Shown piece by piece: positions 13,147-25,749 of a stretch of 64,000 bases of DNA. Numbering within the stretch: position 1 is the first letter of the stretch; each line of letters begins with the position of its first letter. Origin of the DNA: Mobula birostris (lineage: Eukaryota); NCBI RefSeq assembly GCF_030028105.1, contig NC_092379.1, positions 28,823,821 through 28,887,820 on the forward strand, given 5' to 3'. The translations under genes and the position numbers were made by a program. Under the pieces are notes generated by a model. The model was not told the DNA's origin and ran no database searches. It saw nothing but the letters and a program-made list of their open reading frames with translations.

Positions 13147-13160
13147 GCCGCCCTCTAGCG
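13147..13160 (-). promoter_or_regulatory. CTCF-type motif (distal)
   Basis: Minus strand CGCTAGAGGGCGGC, close to the CCASYAGRKGGCRS consensus. Duplicate at 59013-59026. Confidence 0.55.
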
Positions 13161-13752
13161 ACGGTTGACTGCATCACACCTCGCACACACAGTATGTACT
13201 TTCAACATAAATTCACTTTGAACAATGACCATTTCTCACAGTCCGGAAATGCAACGACCAAAATACTGTTTGCATTCTCTATCACGCTAAACATCCACAG
13301 GATCTGTCGCATTATCTAAATACTCAGTCTAAATCATAAGGAGCTACTGCAATATCCTTAATTTCAGCAGCATGACACTTGCTATTCTTTGTCAAACTAA
13401 AACAACGATTTGCCCACGCTCTGTTTTCCCCTCAGTGAACCGCTGTCCTATTTAAATATATTGCAGTTCCACTCCGGCCTTATTGCTTCTCCATGCAGAA
13501 GCTCGAACAATGTGGCCAAAGACAACGTCATTCTAGGTTGCCAATCGCGATATGCCGTTGAAGCAAAGAGGGTGGGTGAATGCACATTGCCGTATCCCGG
13601 AAATACATTATAAAGATCCAGTTTGAGTTTGCGTTGTAGTCATGAACTGTTCCATTACCTTCGGCGCCTTGTGTTGGTGATTGCAGCGCTGTTAAGTAGG
13701 GTACGTGACCACGGCTGATTTCAGTGTGCGCACTCCCAATTTACCGGCAAAA

Positions 13753-13766
13753 GACCCCCTCCAGTG
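13753..13766 (-). promoter_or_regulatory. RSS-proximal CTCF-type motif
   Basis: Minus strand CACTGGAGGGGGTC, 25 bp beyond the nonamer. Confidence 0.5.
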
Positions 13767-13791
13767 AGAGCTTTTTGCATTATACAGAACC

Positions 13792-13830
13792 AGTTTTTGT
13801 CCGGACCCGCCGTCTTAAGGCAACATCGTG
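13792..13830 (-). other. 23-RSS
   Basis: CACGATG + 23 nt + ACAAAAACT. Confidence 0.92.
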
Positions 13831-14262
13831 ATACTCATTGCACAGAGATAGATGCCAGAGTTCGTCACAAGAGCTTTAGCGATATTCAGTTGAGCCGTCT
13901 TGCTGCCTTTCGGCAAACTAGCGGTAAATGTCACTGGACAATCTGGATGCCGCTCCATTTTTCCTGTGCTATAAACCTTCAGCAAATACTTTGGAGATCC
14001 TCCACTATGTTGAATGTACCAAAAGGTATCTTCATCAGCGTCAGTGTAATTACAATTCATTGTTATGGTCTGCTCTTCCTTAGCCGTTTCGTCGGGAGGA
14101 TCCTGCGACACTGAATCTATCCCAGACGATCCTGCAAGAAAGGACTGAATACATTCACATCACTTGCTTGCATTGAACACCGGGGAAATTCGCGAGCCAC
14201 CTTAGCAGAGACTCACCAGGCAGCAAAGCCAAAGAAATCAGTAATAAACAGAGTGAAATCAT
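13831..14262 (-). CDS. Intact TCR alpha/delta-like V gene segment (family A, extra Cys)
   Basis: Leader 14217-14262 MISLCLLLISLALLP, GTGAG..TTGCAG intron, exon 13831-14131 GSSGIDSVSQDPPDETAKEEQTITMNCNYTDADEDTFWYIQHSGGSPKYLLKVYSTGKMERHPDCPVTFTASLPKGSKTAQLNIAKALVTNSGIYLCAMS. Canonical C-W-C present, no stops, adjacent RSS. Confidence 0.93.
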
Positions 14263-14432
14263 GGTGTATAATTTCGCTCTGAATCGAACGGCAGATTCCT
14301 TTCAGGACGTAATTATAGCAGATGTTGTGATGTGAGATTGTTTCAGCGGTACCTTTCACCTTGTGTAGGACAGAGGTTTTTTTTCGCGGTTTAAAGGATT
14401 CGCTGACAGAAAGAACCGATGCCTTCGACGAA

Positions 14433-14465
14433 ACAATCAGAATCTGCTTCGTGTCCATGCCGTCA
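14433..14465 (-). promoter_or_regulatory. Putative V promoter module: CRE half-site plus CCAAT-like box
   Basis: TGACG-20 nt-CTGATTGT, 171 bp upstream of the ATG. Conserved in family-A paralogs. Confidence 0.55.
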
Positions 14466-14502
14466 TTCTGCCTATTTCTTTGCTGTATACTGGTACCTCT
14501 TC

Positions 14503-14526
14503 CTTTCTCTCTCTCTCTCTCTCTCC

Positions 14527-14580
<54 letters not shown>

Positions 14581-14590
14581 TACACACAGA
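14503..14590. repeat. (TC)n(AC)n compound microsatellite
   Basis: Direct inspection. Confidence 0.95.
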
Positions 14591-14959
14591 GCAGTCTCAC
14601 GGTTTGTGGAACACCATCCGTAACCCTGCATGTTACTCAAAAGTGCCACAATCAAAGTGACAGTGTACTCGAACTGAATGTCAATCGAATAAATCAACCA
14701 TTTATTCCTCAGTCATTTTCTGACAGTGGGAAAAACATCCCTCGTTGCTACATGTCGATGTCAATATCATTTACTACTCCAATCGCCATGAGAGTGATAT
14801 CCTATCCAATATTTGCCCGGAATATAAAAACATTGTGTTCGCAGAGATTCCTTCATCCTTGAGGACATCTATCAAAGACAATTGCGACAAAGATGTTCAA
14901 TGTGCACTCGAGCTTTGCGAAGATCCTGCGTGAGCGTGTGATCTCTCATGGATTCAATG

Positions 14960-17900
14960 TAAGTTCTTTAGCTTGTACGATTTGTCTTGGCGGAAAATCG
15001 GTAGGAGGGGTGGCATTACTGCGTGGGATACTATTACAGCTACAGAAATGGTGGGTAATGTAGTAGGATCCTCTTTTGAGTCAGTATGGGTGGAAGTCAG
15101 GAACAGGAAGGCAGCAGTGACTCAATTGAAGGTATTCTATAGGCTCCCTGGTAGCAGCAGAGATGCAGCGGAGCACATTGGGAGGCAGATTTTGGAAAGG
15201 TGCAAAGGTAACAGTGTTGTTCTCATGGGTGACTTTAACTTCTCTAATATTGATTGGCACCTGATTAGCTCCAAGGGTTTAGATGGGGCAGAGATTGTTA
15301 TGTGCGTCAGGACGGATTCCTGTCACAGTATGTGGACAGGCCGACTAGGGGGAATGCCATACTAGATCTAGTAATAGGTAATGAACCGGGTCAGCTCACA
15401 GATCTCTCAATGGGTGAGCATCTGGGGGACAGTGCCCACCATTCCCTTGCCTTTAGCATTATCTTGGAAAAGGATAGAATCAGAGAGGACAGGATTTTTT
15501 TTTAATTGGGGAAGGGCAAATTATGAGGCTATAAGGCTAGAACTTGTGGGTATGAATTGCGATGATGTTTTTGCGGGGAAATGTACTATGGGCATGTGGT
15601 CGATGTTTAGAGATCTCTTGCAGGATGTTTGGGATAAAGTTGACCCGGTGAGGAAGATAAAGAATGGTAGGGTGAAGGAACCATGGGTGACAAGTGACGT
15701 AGAAAATCTAGTCAGGTGGAAGAAGGCAGCATACATGAGGTTTAGGAAGCAAGGATCAGATGGGTCTATTGAGGAATATAGGGAAGTAAGAAAGGAGCTT
15801 AAGAAGGGGCTGAGAAGAGCAAGAAGGGGGCATGAGAGAGCCTTGGCGAGTAGGGTGAAGGAAAACCCCAAGGCATTCTTCAATTATGTGAAGAAAAAAA
15901 GGATGATTGGCGTGAAGGTAGGACCGATTAGAGATAAAGGTGGGAAGATGTGCCTGGACGCTGTGGAAGTGAGCGAGATCCTCAATGAATACTTCTCTTC
16001 GGTATTCACAAATAAGTGGGAACTTGATGATGGTGAAGACAATCTGAGTGAGGTTGATGTTCTGAAGCATGTTCATATTAATGGAGAGGAGGTGTTGGAG
16101 TTGTTAAAAAACATTCGGACGGATAAGTCCCTGGGGCCTGATGGAATATTCCCCAGGCTGCTTCACGAGGCGAGAGAAGAGATTGCTGAGCCTCTGGCTA
16201 GGATCCTTATGTCCTCGTTGTCCACGGGAATGGTACCGTGGGATTGGAGGGAGAAGAATGTTGTCCCCTTGTTCAAAAAAGGTAGTAGGGATAGTCCGGG
16301 TAATTATAGACCAGTGAGCCTTACGTCTCTGGTGAGAAAGCTGTTGGAATAGATTCTTAGAGATAGCATCTCTGGGCATTTAGAGAATCATGGTTTGATC
16401 AGGGACAGTCAGCATCGCTTTTTAAAGGGCAGATCGTGTCTAACAAGCCAGATAAACTTCTTTGAGGAGGTGACAGGGCACATAGATGAGGGTAGCGCAG
16501 TGGATGTGATCTATATGGATTTTAGTAAGGCATTTGACAAGGTTCTACACTGTAGGCTTATTCAGAAAGTCAGAAGGCATGGTATCCAGAGAGGCTTGGC
16601 AAGGTGGATTCAGAATTGGCTTGCCTGCAGAAGGCAGAGGGTCATTGCGGAGGGAGTACATTCAGATTGGAGGATTGTGACTAGTGGTATCCCACAAGGA
16701 TCTGTTCTGGGACCTCTACTTTTCGTAATTTTTATTAACGACCTGGATGTTGTGGTAGAAGGGCGGGTTGGCAAGTTTGAGGAAGACACAAAGGTTGGTG
16801 GTGTTGTAGATAGTGTACAGGATTGTCGAAGATTGCAGACAGACATTGATAGGATGCAGAAAGGGGCTGAGAAGTGGCAGATGGAGTACAACCCGGAGAC
16901 GTGTGAGGTGCTACACTTTGGAAGGACAAACTCAATGGCAGGATACAATGTAAATGGCAGGATACTTGGTAGTGTGGAGGACAGAGGGATCTGGGGGTAC
17001 ATCTGCACAGATCCCTGAAAGTTGCCTCACGGGTGGATAGGGTAGTTAAGAAAACTTATGGGGTAAACAACAGGAATTCTGCAGATGCTGGAAATTCAAG
17101 CAACACACATTAAAGTTGCTGGTGAACGCAGCAGGCCAGGCAGCATCTCTAGGAAGAGGTGCAGTCGACGTTTCAGGCCGAGACCCTTCGTCAGGACTAA
17201 CTGAAGGAAGAGTGAGTAAGGGATTTGAAAGTTGGAGGGGGAGGGGGAGATCCAAAATGATAGGAGAAGGCAGGAGGGGGAGGGATGGAGCCAAGAGCTG
17301 GACAGGTGATTTGCAAAAGGGGATACGAGAGGATCATGGGACAGGAGGACCGAGAAGAAAGACAAGGAGGGGAGGGGGGACCCAGAGGATGGGCAAGAGG
17401 TATATTCAGAGGGACAGAGGGAGAAAAAGGAGAGTGAGAGAAAGAATGTGTGCATAAAAATAAGTAACAGATGGGGCACGAGGGGGAGGTGGGGCCTAGC
17501 GGAAGTTAGAGAAGTCGGTGTTCATGCCATCAGGTTGGAGGCTACCCAGACGGAATATAAGGTGTTGTTCCTCCAACCTGAGTGTGACTTCATCTTTACA
17601 GTAGAGGCGGCCGTGGATAGACATGTCAGAATGGGAATGGGATGTGGAATTAAATATGTGGCCACTGGGAGATCCTGCTTTCTCTGGCGGACAGAGCGTA
17701 GATGTTCAGCAAAGCGGTCTCCCAGTCTGCGTCGGGTCTCGCCAATATATAAAAGGCCACATCGGGAGCACCGGACGCAGTATATCACCCCAGTCGACTC
17801 ACAGGTGAAGTGTTGCCTCACCTGGAAGGACTATTTGGGGCCCTGAATGGTGGTAAGGGAGGAAGTGTAAGGGCATGTGTAGCACTTGTTCCGCTTACAC

Positions 17901-18651
17901 GGATAAGTGCCAGGAGGCAGATCAGTGGGGAGGGATGGTGGGGACGAATGGACAAGGGAGTTGTGTAGGGAGGGATCCCTGCGGAATGCAGAGAGAGGGG
18001 GGAGGGAAAGATGTGCTTAGTGGTGGGATCCCGTTGGAGGTGGCTTATGGGTGTTAGCTTTAATAAGTCGAGGGATAGAGTTTAAGAGTCGCGATATAAT
18101 GATGCAGCTCGAAAAAAAAAACTCTGGTTAGGCCACACTTGGAGTACTCTGCCCATTTCTGGTCGCCTTAGTATAGGAAGGATGTGAAAGCATTGGAAAG
18201 GGTACAGAGGAGATTTACCAGGATGATGCCTGGTTTATAGAGTATGCATTATGATCAGAGATTAAAGGAGCTAGGGCTTTCCTCTTCGGAGAGAAGGAGG
18301 ATGACAAGAGACATGACAGAGGTGTACAAGATAATAAGAGGAATAGATAGAGTGGATAGCCAGCGCCTCTTCCCCAGGGCACTACTGCTCAATACAAGAG
18401 AACATGGCTTTAAGGTAAGAGGTGGGAAGTTCAAGTGGGGTATTAGAGGAAAGTTTTTTATTCAGAGAGTGGTTGGTGCGTGGAATGCACTGCATGAGTC
18501 AGTGGCGGAGGCAGACACACTAGTGAGGCTTTAGAGACTATTGGACAGGTATATGGAGGAATTTATACGGGAGGTAGGATTTGACGGTCGGCACAACATT
18601 GTGGCCGAAGGGCCTGCACTGTGCTGTACAATTCTATGTTCTGTGTTCTAT
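14960..18651 (+). mobile_element. CR1 LINE, 5'-truncated ORF2 (endonuclease and RT), interrupted by a Penelope fragment
   Basis: VLMGDFNF, KSLGPDGIFPRLL, NYRPVSLTS, IYMDFSKAFDKV and GIPQGSVLGPLLFVIFINDL motifs. Long ORFs 15381-16352 and 16395-17018. Tail tctatgttctgtgttctat. Confidence 0.95.
17065..18043 (-). mobile_element. Penelope-like retroelement 3' fragment (GIY-YIG) nested in CR1
   Basis: GVIYCVRCSRCGLLYIGETRRRLGDRFAEH (17522-17821). Flanked by CTTATGGG at 17055 and 18044, and the CR1 sequence is continuous across the insertion. Confidence 0.92.
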
Positions 18652-18776
18652 CGCCCTGATGAAATGGACCTCGAGACCTTCATTGATTTGTGTACATCTC
18701 TTATACTGTTTCAGAACAGCTCCCCCTCTACCCATGGCCTGTTTTTAGGGTTCTTGCATCTCACTGCGATAATATG

Positions 18777-19085
18777 AATTCCAGGAGACAAATGTACACG
18801 CCAGAGTCCGATAGGGGAACCGCGAGGATACAGAGATATTGAAATGAACCATATTCCTATCTTGCTGCAGAAAAGCTGTAAAGGTCAGGGCACATTCTAG
18901 AGATTGTTACTCCTTTGTGCTGTACTGCTTCAGCAAGTATCTTAGACGTTCTCCTCGATGCTCAATATAAAAAAAGAATACACCTATTTTAGACCGAGTA
19001 ATTTCAGTTGTATAATATTGGCTGCGATGCTTAGCAGTTAATTTAGGAGTGTATTGCGCCACTGAATCTTCCCCGAGTGAAAACC
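18777..19085 (-). pseudogene. Degenerate TCR V pseudogene (family E)
   Basis: EDSVAQYTPKLTA...YIEHRGERLRYLLKQYSTKE*QSLECALTFTAFLQQDRNMVHFNISV...SDSGVYICLLE, with frameshifts and a decayed RSS at ~18738-18776. Confidence 0.85.
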
Positions 19086-20009
19086 CGTAATAAAGGACAG
19101 AATGTCTGGACAGCCTAGCTTCACATTCAACTGAATATATACACGCTGGTTAGTTTTTGCATAGGTTCATCGTACTGCATGGTCTATATGACAGTTGGGA
19201 AAAGCGGGAGCACTGCCGTCGTCGTTGATAAAATCATTCTGTTATTTAACACAGTTTTAGCGATACTGGAGAATGAGGTCAGACCCACCTTGAATCTATC
19301 TTGATCACAAATAAGCACCGATCAGAATGGCCTTTGACTTTAATCCAGTGTCACTGTCTGCCTGTGTGTCTCATCCCTCATATTCCGTCTCCCTTCTCAC
19401 CACACCTCTGTCAGACATACTAACTCTCTTCCTTAGAATTTAATAACAGTTGCTTGAATTAAGCGAATATTGATTCCAGAAAAAACAGAAATTAAGAAAA
19501 ACATTGAAGTTCCAAGTATTTTAAAATCTGAAGTTCGTAATGCAATAAGTAAGATTAAGAAAGGAAAAGATGCTTTTTATCACCGTCCTGTCGAGGTGTT
19601 TCAGCTCAAAATTCCGACTCTACTTTCGTATAATTCTTGACTCTGCTGCTCAGTTCCTCCAGCATTAGGTGTGTGTTGACCTAATGGTAAATTCAATTCA
19701 ATAAATAAGACTCTCTTACTGCTCTGATCAGCTCAACAAGTGAGGGAAGAGGGTTGCGATTTTTACGAGACATTCGGAGGCTTAAAGCAATCATGTCATA
19801 TGTCTATGCGCCCTTCGCCGCTGGTTCTTCAGAGTTGATTTACCACAGCCAGTTGAATATCCCGTCTGCGCCGCACGCAAAGCAGCTAACTATCTGAAAA
19901 ATAAGGCAGTAATTTCTCCCCTTCCGCTGGGAGTATGCTCCTAAACGCGGCCATCAGCTCCACTGGGCTTCACGCCGTGCAAACAAAAACTTCCTTCTAA
20001 CGTTTGCAT

Positions 20010-20500
20010 GTAACACACGGAAGTGGGAAGAGGATTCTCTTACATGAAAGAGCGCACCATATCAGCAGCCGAACATTTGAGACTCTCTGCCTGTCGCTGT
20101 CTTTGCACTTATTGGAGACAGCCACTCATCGGTCCTCTGAGAGGTCTGCTCCATCCAATATTCCTCCTCCGCCTCTCGGGGATGTGCTTCACTCCCTTTA
20201 GCATTATCAGCCTACGATGACCTTGTTTCTCCGCCGATGTATTTTGACTATAATGTGGTAGGGATATAAGCGCTGATACCAACTCAGAATATTTCCCCTC
20301 GCTAGAGGATTCATTAGACATTCCAAATCAGACAACTCCTTCCCTTCACTCCGAAGCAACGAGATCAATTTGTCTTTGAAGTCTCCAACCTCAGCTACGG
20401 GAAACTCGGGTTCCAATTCGGTACTCTCACTTCCACTGCACTCCTCTCTGTAGGCATGGGCCAGCTTCCCCCGGGACAACAACAGCACGAGGCTAAGCAA
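20010..20500 (-). mobile_element. Ty3/Gypsy gag (PNMA-like) remnant
   Basis: Frameshifted motifs FKDKLISLLRSEGKELSDLE, HRRLIMLKGVKHIPE, EEEYWMEQTSQ..DEW and QRQAESLKCSAADMVR resemble PNMA/Gypsy capsid (recognised from memory, not searched). Confidence 0.65.
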
Positions 20501-20539
20501 CTGCCGTCAGAACTTCCCTAGCCTGGACGAAAACTAAAT

Positions 20540-20721
20540 CGTTGCCCACTGCTTAGACAAACTGTCTACGTCACTGAACTTTGGTCCATCGGTTTTTGCA
20601 ACGAAAGGCAGAGCCATTCAACATTCCGGGAGGGTGCTTAACCCAGGAAATTCTGAGGTACTATGAGAAACTCACCAGACACAATTACTATGATAACCAG
20701 AAATAGGACCCTGATCTGGAT
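20540..20721 (-). pseudogene. V relic: leader, intron and first FR1 codons; the rest is replaced by gag
   Basis: 46-bp leader 20676-20721 (ATC start, IQIRVLFLVIIVIVS) with GTGAG donor, then TCA GTG ACG TAG (SVT*). A V-type 3' flank follows at ~19860-19990. Confidence 0.6.
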
Positions 20722-22742
20722 CAGCAGGGTTCCTATAAAATCGGGTTTATTACCAATTCTAGCCTCTCTGTTTGTAATTACCTCCGCCGAACTCTTTCTT
20801 CCCCGCTTCCTTTAATTCTTTATTGCTTCATTCGCCTCCCTTCCGTTACTTCCTTTGACTTCCTGTTTCTTTCATACTGCGCTGTCCTCTTTACCACAGC
20901 TTCGTTATTGCCATGCTATTCCAAACCTCTATCTCTCTCTCCACCCCCCCCCTCTTCCTCTCTCCCACTCTCTCTCTCTCTCTTTCTCTTTCCCTTTTGC
21001 CCCTCTCAATTTAACTTTTCGGGTTCTTTACGGTCCTACCTATTTCTTTTTCCGTGTACATCACTCGGTTCCTCTACTCCATCACTCCCAAATTCTTAGG
21101 AACTAGACGGTTGCTCAAGTGGAAAAGTGACATTCACCATGAGCGGGATAACTACCCTGTGTGAACTACTGATACTAATAAATTTCAATATTGCGTTGCA
21201 CATCATCGCATTGTAGCAGAGAGGGGAACAAAATGCAGATCACGATATATATAATTATGTGGGATTTCTTTTAGATAATGCACTACTAATCGACAGTATT
21301 TTGCACGACCGAGTTTGAGTCCCACACTTGCTGACTGAGGTAATTTCAAGTAAGATTAGTCGGTACAGTGTGAATTTATTAAGACTCATTTGAATGAAAG
21401 TTTGAATCAGAAAATATAAGAATTTGTTAAAAGTGCAAATAACAACGTAATACTGAAACAATTACTGGACATAAATAGAAATACTCAGTCTGCCTGGAAA
21501 CGACTTTGGAGATTAAAGTTTCAAACCTTTGCTGGGGACTGTGTACTCATTTAGGCAGTGTGATCAATGGGATTGTTTCATGCATAACACGAGGTTAAAA
21601 TGATAATTGTAAACTATCAAGTTAGAAGTTTGAAAACAGATGCTTTCATTCTTCTCTCCTTACTTCCACAGTAAACTGAGCATTCTGTCTGTTCCCTTTT
21701 CCAGTCGTGCAGGTAATACATTGTGTACAGAGATAGTTTCTGCTCTGAGTTTTTCAGAGTAATGGGCTGCAGGATGATACAGTTTGTTAACCCCCAATGC
21801 ACTAGTTGTGGTCTTACTCTTTGCTGCCATGGATTATTTTGTTATTTTGGCTGTTACTTTCTTCTGCGTTCTAAAAGTGTTTATCTTATACTATCTCATC
21901 ACACAGTGCAATGAAATGATCTGTATGATCGGAACCAATTCAACATTTCACAGTGTGTTGGCATATTTCACCTTTTAATAAACGCAACTCTAACTTCGAT
22001 ATTTAACAAGACATTGGAAGGACGCCGTTGTCATTGAAATATCTATTCTGGATAAATTAAACAATCTTGTTTTGTCTTATCTTGTCACTCCTATTCCTTC
22101 TTCACAGAACTATCACAATTGTATCCTCTATATGTATCATACTATAGATCCATAGGTTGTGTAACTTATGTAAATAATCAATAAAATGATAAGTATTTGT
22201 CACAACATCTTATCTTTCAGTGGCATACCATTGTTATGCATAGTCAAACGGAGGAACACTGGTTTTTCCCACTCCCTGATTTTCGTTATTGTATCAATGT
22301 CAATAGATTCCTCATGAGCATTCGCCTTGATCCGTAGCTGTTGATGTTGCACCGCATTCAATGTTTTCTATTTCCAGGTTCGAGATTAACCTCACTGTTG
22401 TTTCCTCAAGAATCCCTAACAATCTGGCAAAAGACAACGTTGAATATAGTTGACAACAGTGATATGGCATCCCATGCAAAAGAGGGTATTTAGATACTAT
22501 AGATATACAAGAAATATAATGTAATGGTTTCATTTGAGTTGAATGCAAGAATAGTACTCAAGCTTGACAGCTATTGCGACCGAGCGACGCCACTTTAAGT
22601 CGACCACATAACCTCACTAATATCTGTGTCCGCTCCTTGCAGTTAATTGGCAAAACAGGCCCGCCCCTGACATTTATTGAATCACCAAGAACTGCCTTAT
22701 TTTTGTCCTTGTCCATACCCGAAGTTTCCCTGCAAGAGCGTG

Positions 22743-22980
22743 GTTCCTCATAAACCAAAGGAACATGGTGCAGTGCAACAAAGAGCTCCAAGATATTCTT
22801 GGCGTTAACACTAACAGGACATTATGGAGGGCGTTCGAAATTTTCCTGCGATTATTTGAGAGATTCCCCGTAATGCTGATTGTACTAAAAGTAGTTACGC
22901 CAGCGCTATTGTTGTGTTCTCGCTTTCTCAAACTTTAGTTGAAGGGAACCCTAAATCGCTGATTTCCTTCGCTCAAGAAA
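22743..22980 (-). pseudogene. Highly degenerate V pseudogene
   Basis: F*YNQHYGESLK motif; 3' end aligns to NISGALV.DS.MYLC; RSS relic CACGCTC-23-ACAAGGACA at 22704-22742; V-type 3' flank at 22400-22700. Confidence 0.65.
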
Positions 22981-23129
22981 ATGTAGAATATTGGAAGATG
23001 CCTGGCTTGCACTAATCTAACTAGAAATCAGTTGGACGCCACTTCCCGACATTCATTAAGCAAAAGGCCAATGCAAACTAGAAGGAAGAAAGGAGTGGGG
23101 CATGGCGTCGGGTTTCTGACTCTGTCGAA

Positions 23130-23398
23130 AGGCAGTCTAGTTTCCAAGTAGTTACTTTTAATTGACAGATATTGGAAATCGCTGGTATAAGTAAAAATCA
23201 GTGTTATGGTCATTCGTTCTTCGAGCGTTAATTCAGGAGGGTCCTGTTTCACTAAATCTTCCCTCTTGCTTCTGCAAGAAAGAACACATGTAGGAGTATC
23301 CCTGGTTTTCAATAAAACCACGAGCCACTGATTGGCCATCACAGAGACTCACCGTACAGAACAGATAATGTAATTAGTAAGGAACAGAAGGGACCTAT
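23130..23398 (-). pseudogene. Truncated V pseudogene (leader and FR1)
   Basis: 46-bp leader 23353-23398 (ATA start, GPFCSLLITLSVLY) with GTGAG donor; TTGCAG acceptor at 23272; DLVKQDPPELTLEERMTITLIFTYT, frameshifted. Confidence 0.8.
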
Positions 23399-23779
23399 AG
23401 TGTTGGCAAAGGCAGCAGATCAGAAGCGAAATTGTAGGATGAGAATGGATCAGCGAAATCGGTCTCCGTGGGGATGACTTGGGATGTTTTTTCTGCTAAA
23501 GTATTAGATGATAAAGCGGAATTGGACTTATTTAGGCAGAAATCAGCATCCACTTTCGTTCTTTTCCTCTCTGCTATTTTTCCGTTCCATCAATCATCGA
23601 AGTCATCAGGGAATCTGATAACTATCGCTGCCCTAGAGACTCCCTGCACCCTTCATGCCTACCTTTCCACAAGCGTTTATTTTTGTCGTTCCCTCTCTAC
23701 CGTTGCTGATCTTCCTCTCATGCTCCCTGCTCGGTTGCAGTCGCTGAAACATTGAGTTATTGAGGCTCCAAGACAAATG

Positions 23780-23857
23780 GGTGACATGGTCGAGTGTTCA
23801 AGATGGATTAAATTTCCAATGCCTCTACATACGGGGGTTCCAATCCCACCGTGGTCT
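23780..23857 (+). pseudogene. Degenerate tRNA-like sequence (long variable arm, Leu/Ser type)
   Basis: A-box TGGTCGAGTG and B-box GGTTCCAATCCCACC at tRNA-like spacing. Acceptor stem pairs poorly. Confidence 0.5.
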
Positions 23858-25049
23858 GTTGAAGTAATTTCTGCTCTTGTTTATCTGTGTCGGTGAATTT
23901 ACTTTTTTTTTGAATGGAGAGAATGGACGTTTAAATCGAAGTGACGTCTAACGGGGACTCCATTGCTTGCAACTTCGGAAGCAGCTCTATTTCTTTCTTT
24001 AATATCTCTTTTTTTTTTGCCCTCTTCCAGGGTTCTTTTGAAGAGCCTGACCCAGAGTTGCATGATGACTTCAGTTCTTTGCGGAAATAGGGCGCGCTCC
24101 CGGGGCTCCACGACTGTGGCCGTTATTCGATATCAAGGATGCGGCCTAAGAGATTAATGGCTCAGGAGACGGGCGGACCGAAGGTCGGTGTCTCTGCAGG
24201 AATCCGGTGTATCCAGTGCACCGCAGAACGAAAACAGCGAGTTGGCTGCTGGCTGTGTGCCCCTAGACTCTCTTTATTTTGGCACAGAGGCCGGAAAACG
24301 GACTTTTGACATCGCAAATCGCCGATGATTCCTATGTCTCCCATCTGAATGTGAACCGGAGACACCCCTTTCTCCCTTATAAGGGAGAGAGAGACCTGTA
24401 GTACATCGAATACCGGGTGAACAAATAGTCTTTCGTGTAGTGCAAGTCTGTGTCTCTGCTGATGCTTTGCTGCACACTTAAGTGCACGGTGGCGGGTGCC
24501 GGTGTTTTTTTTCTTTTCTAGTGGGGGAGAGGGGATTGTTGATTTGCTGCTCTTTACGCGTTGGACCAAGGAGCTGGGGGTGGTCTTTGGGGTTCTAACA
24601 TTGAAATGTCGCTCATTCTTTGGGGGCACTCCTCTGTTTTTCCTGGATGGCTGCGAAGAAAAAGGATTTTAGGATGTATATGGCATATATTTCTCTCACA
24701 TTAATTGTACCTTTGAAGCCTTTGAAATCTAATTAGTGTTGACAAAAGAAGAAATAGGGACACATGACTTGAAATATTCAGCTAGTCTAAAAAGGTCTGA
24801 GGGGAGAGGACGTTCAGGCTTTACATCAGCAGGTTCTCCTGTAAAGGGCCCTAGCGCGAAAAAAGTAATCTCATAGATATTATATTTTTCAGGATGGCCA
24901 TTGCTGATCCAGGGTGAGAAGGTTAACGTGATTACGGCCCTCCTTAGATCAATTAATCGTAAAAGTCAACGTGGAAGAGCACAGCCTTTCCAAATCAGCC
25001 TGAAGTATACTATATCTGTTTTGAACAGAAGAGAGCAGTGACGTTACGA

Positions 25050-25470
25050 TCCACACAGAGATCTTCCAATGCACATGAAGCCACAGTCAGCGCCGTGGAC
25101 GTAAGTTCCATCATCAGGAGACTGAACCCGTGGAAAGTACGAGAACTGGGTGGTGTCTAAGCCACTGTGGTTAGTTGCTGCACAACTCAGTTCGCGGGGC
25201 TACATGCAGAACGTTTTCACCTCATCCCACTACAATATCAGGCTCCCACCTGGCTTAGAAGATCACTATTAAGTTTGCTCCTCAGGAAAAACATAAAGCA
25301 ACGTGTCTTATTGACCACCGGCCAATGACTCTGAATCTCTGAATCCATCATCATTACGTGATCATGGCACAGATTAACTCCAGCTATCCAGCCAAACTCG
25401 ACCCACTGCTGTTCACTACTGTCAAAGCAATTCAACAGTGGACGCCTACTTCCTAGTCTTACATGCATCT
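25050..25470 (+). mobile_element. Rex1/Babar-type LINE RT fragment
   Basis: Decayed DV..I.RRLNPWK, CTTQFAG, DHRPMTL and LDPLLFT motifs. Confidence 0.65.
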
Positions 25471-25749
25471 ACAGGTGGACGTTAAGCGAACTCACATTCG
25501 ATAGACAGCTGTTATCGGCTGCGCTATGTAAAGCCCCAGTTTGGGTGCGCGTTGTAATCAGGAACATTCCTTTAGCTGCGGCGCCCTGTGCTGCTAATTG
25601 CAGCGATCTGAAGTAAGGCAGGAAGCCATGGCTGATTTCCGGGTGCGTCCCTCCCACTTTCTGGGCAAAACGACGTCCTCCACTGAGAGCATTTCGCATT
25701 ATTCAGGACCTGTTTCTTGTCCGGACCGCCATCTGCATTCAACTTTATG

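Noticed and set aside
13850-13885. Cryptic inverted heptamer (CACAGAG/CACAGTG) at the YLC/YHC codons as a V-replacement signal
   Set aside because: It is forced by the conserved Cys codon context, and no nonamer at correct spacing was found.
13764-14114. Plus-strand ORFs antisense to V exons (also 8474-8794, 25788-26033, 35103-35378)
   Set aside because: They are shadow frames of the conserved V codons, with inconsistent starts and stops among paralogs.
15381-17018. Long ORFs as a host gene or active LINE
   Set aside because: They are CR1 ORF2 pieces, 5'-truncated, broken by a stop at ~16350 and by a Penelope insertion.
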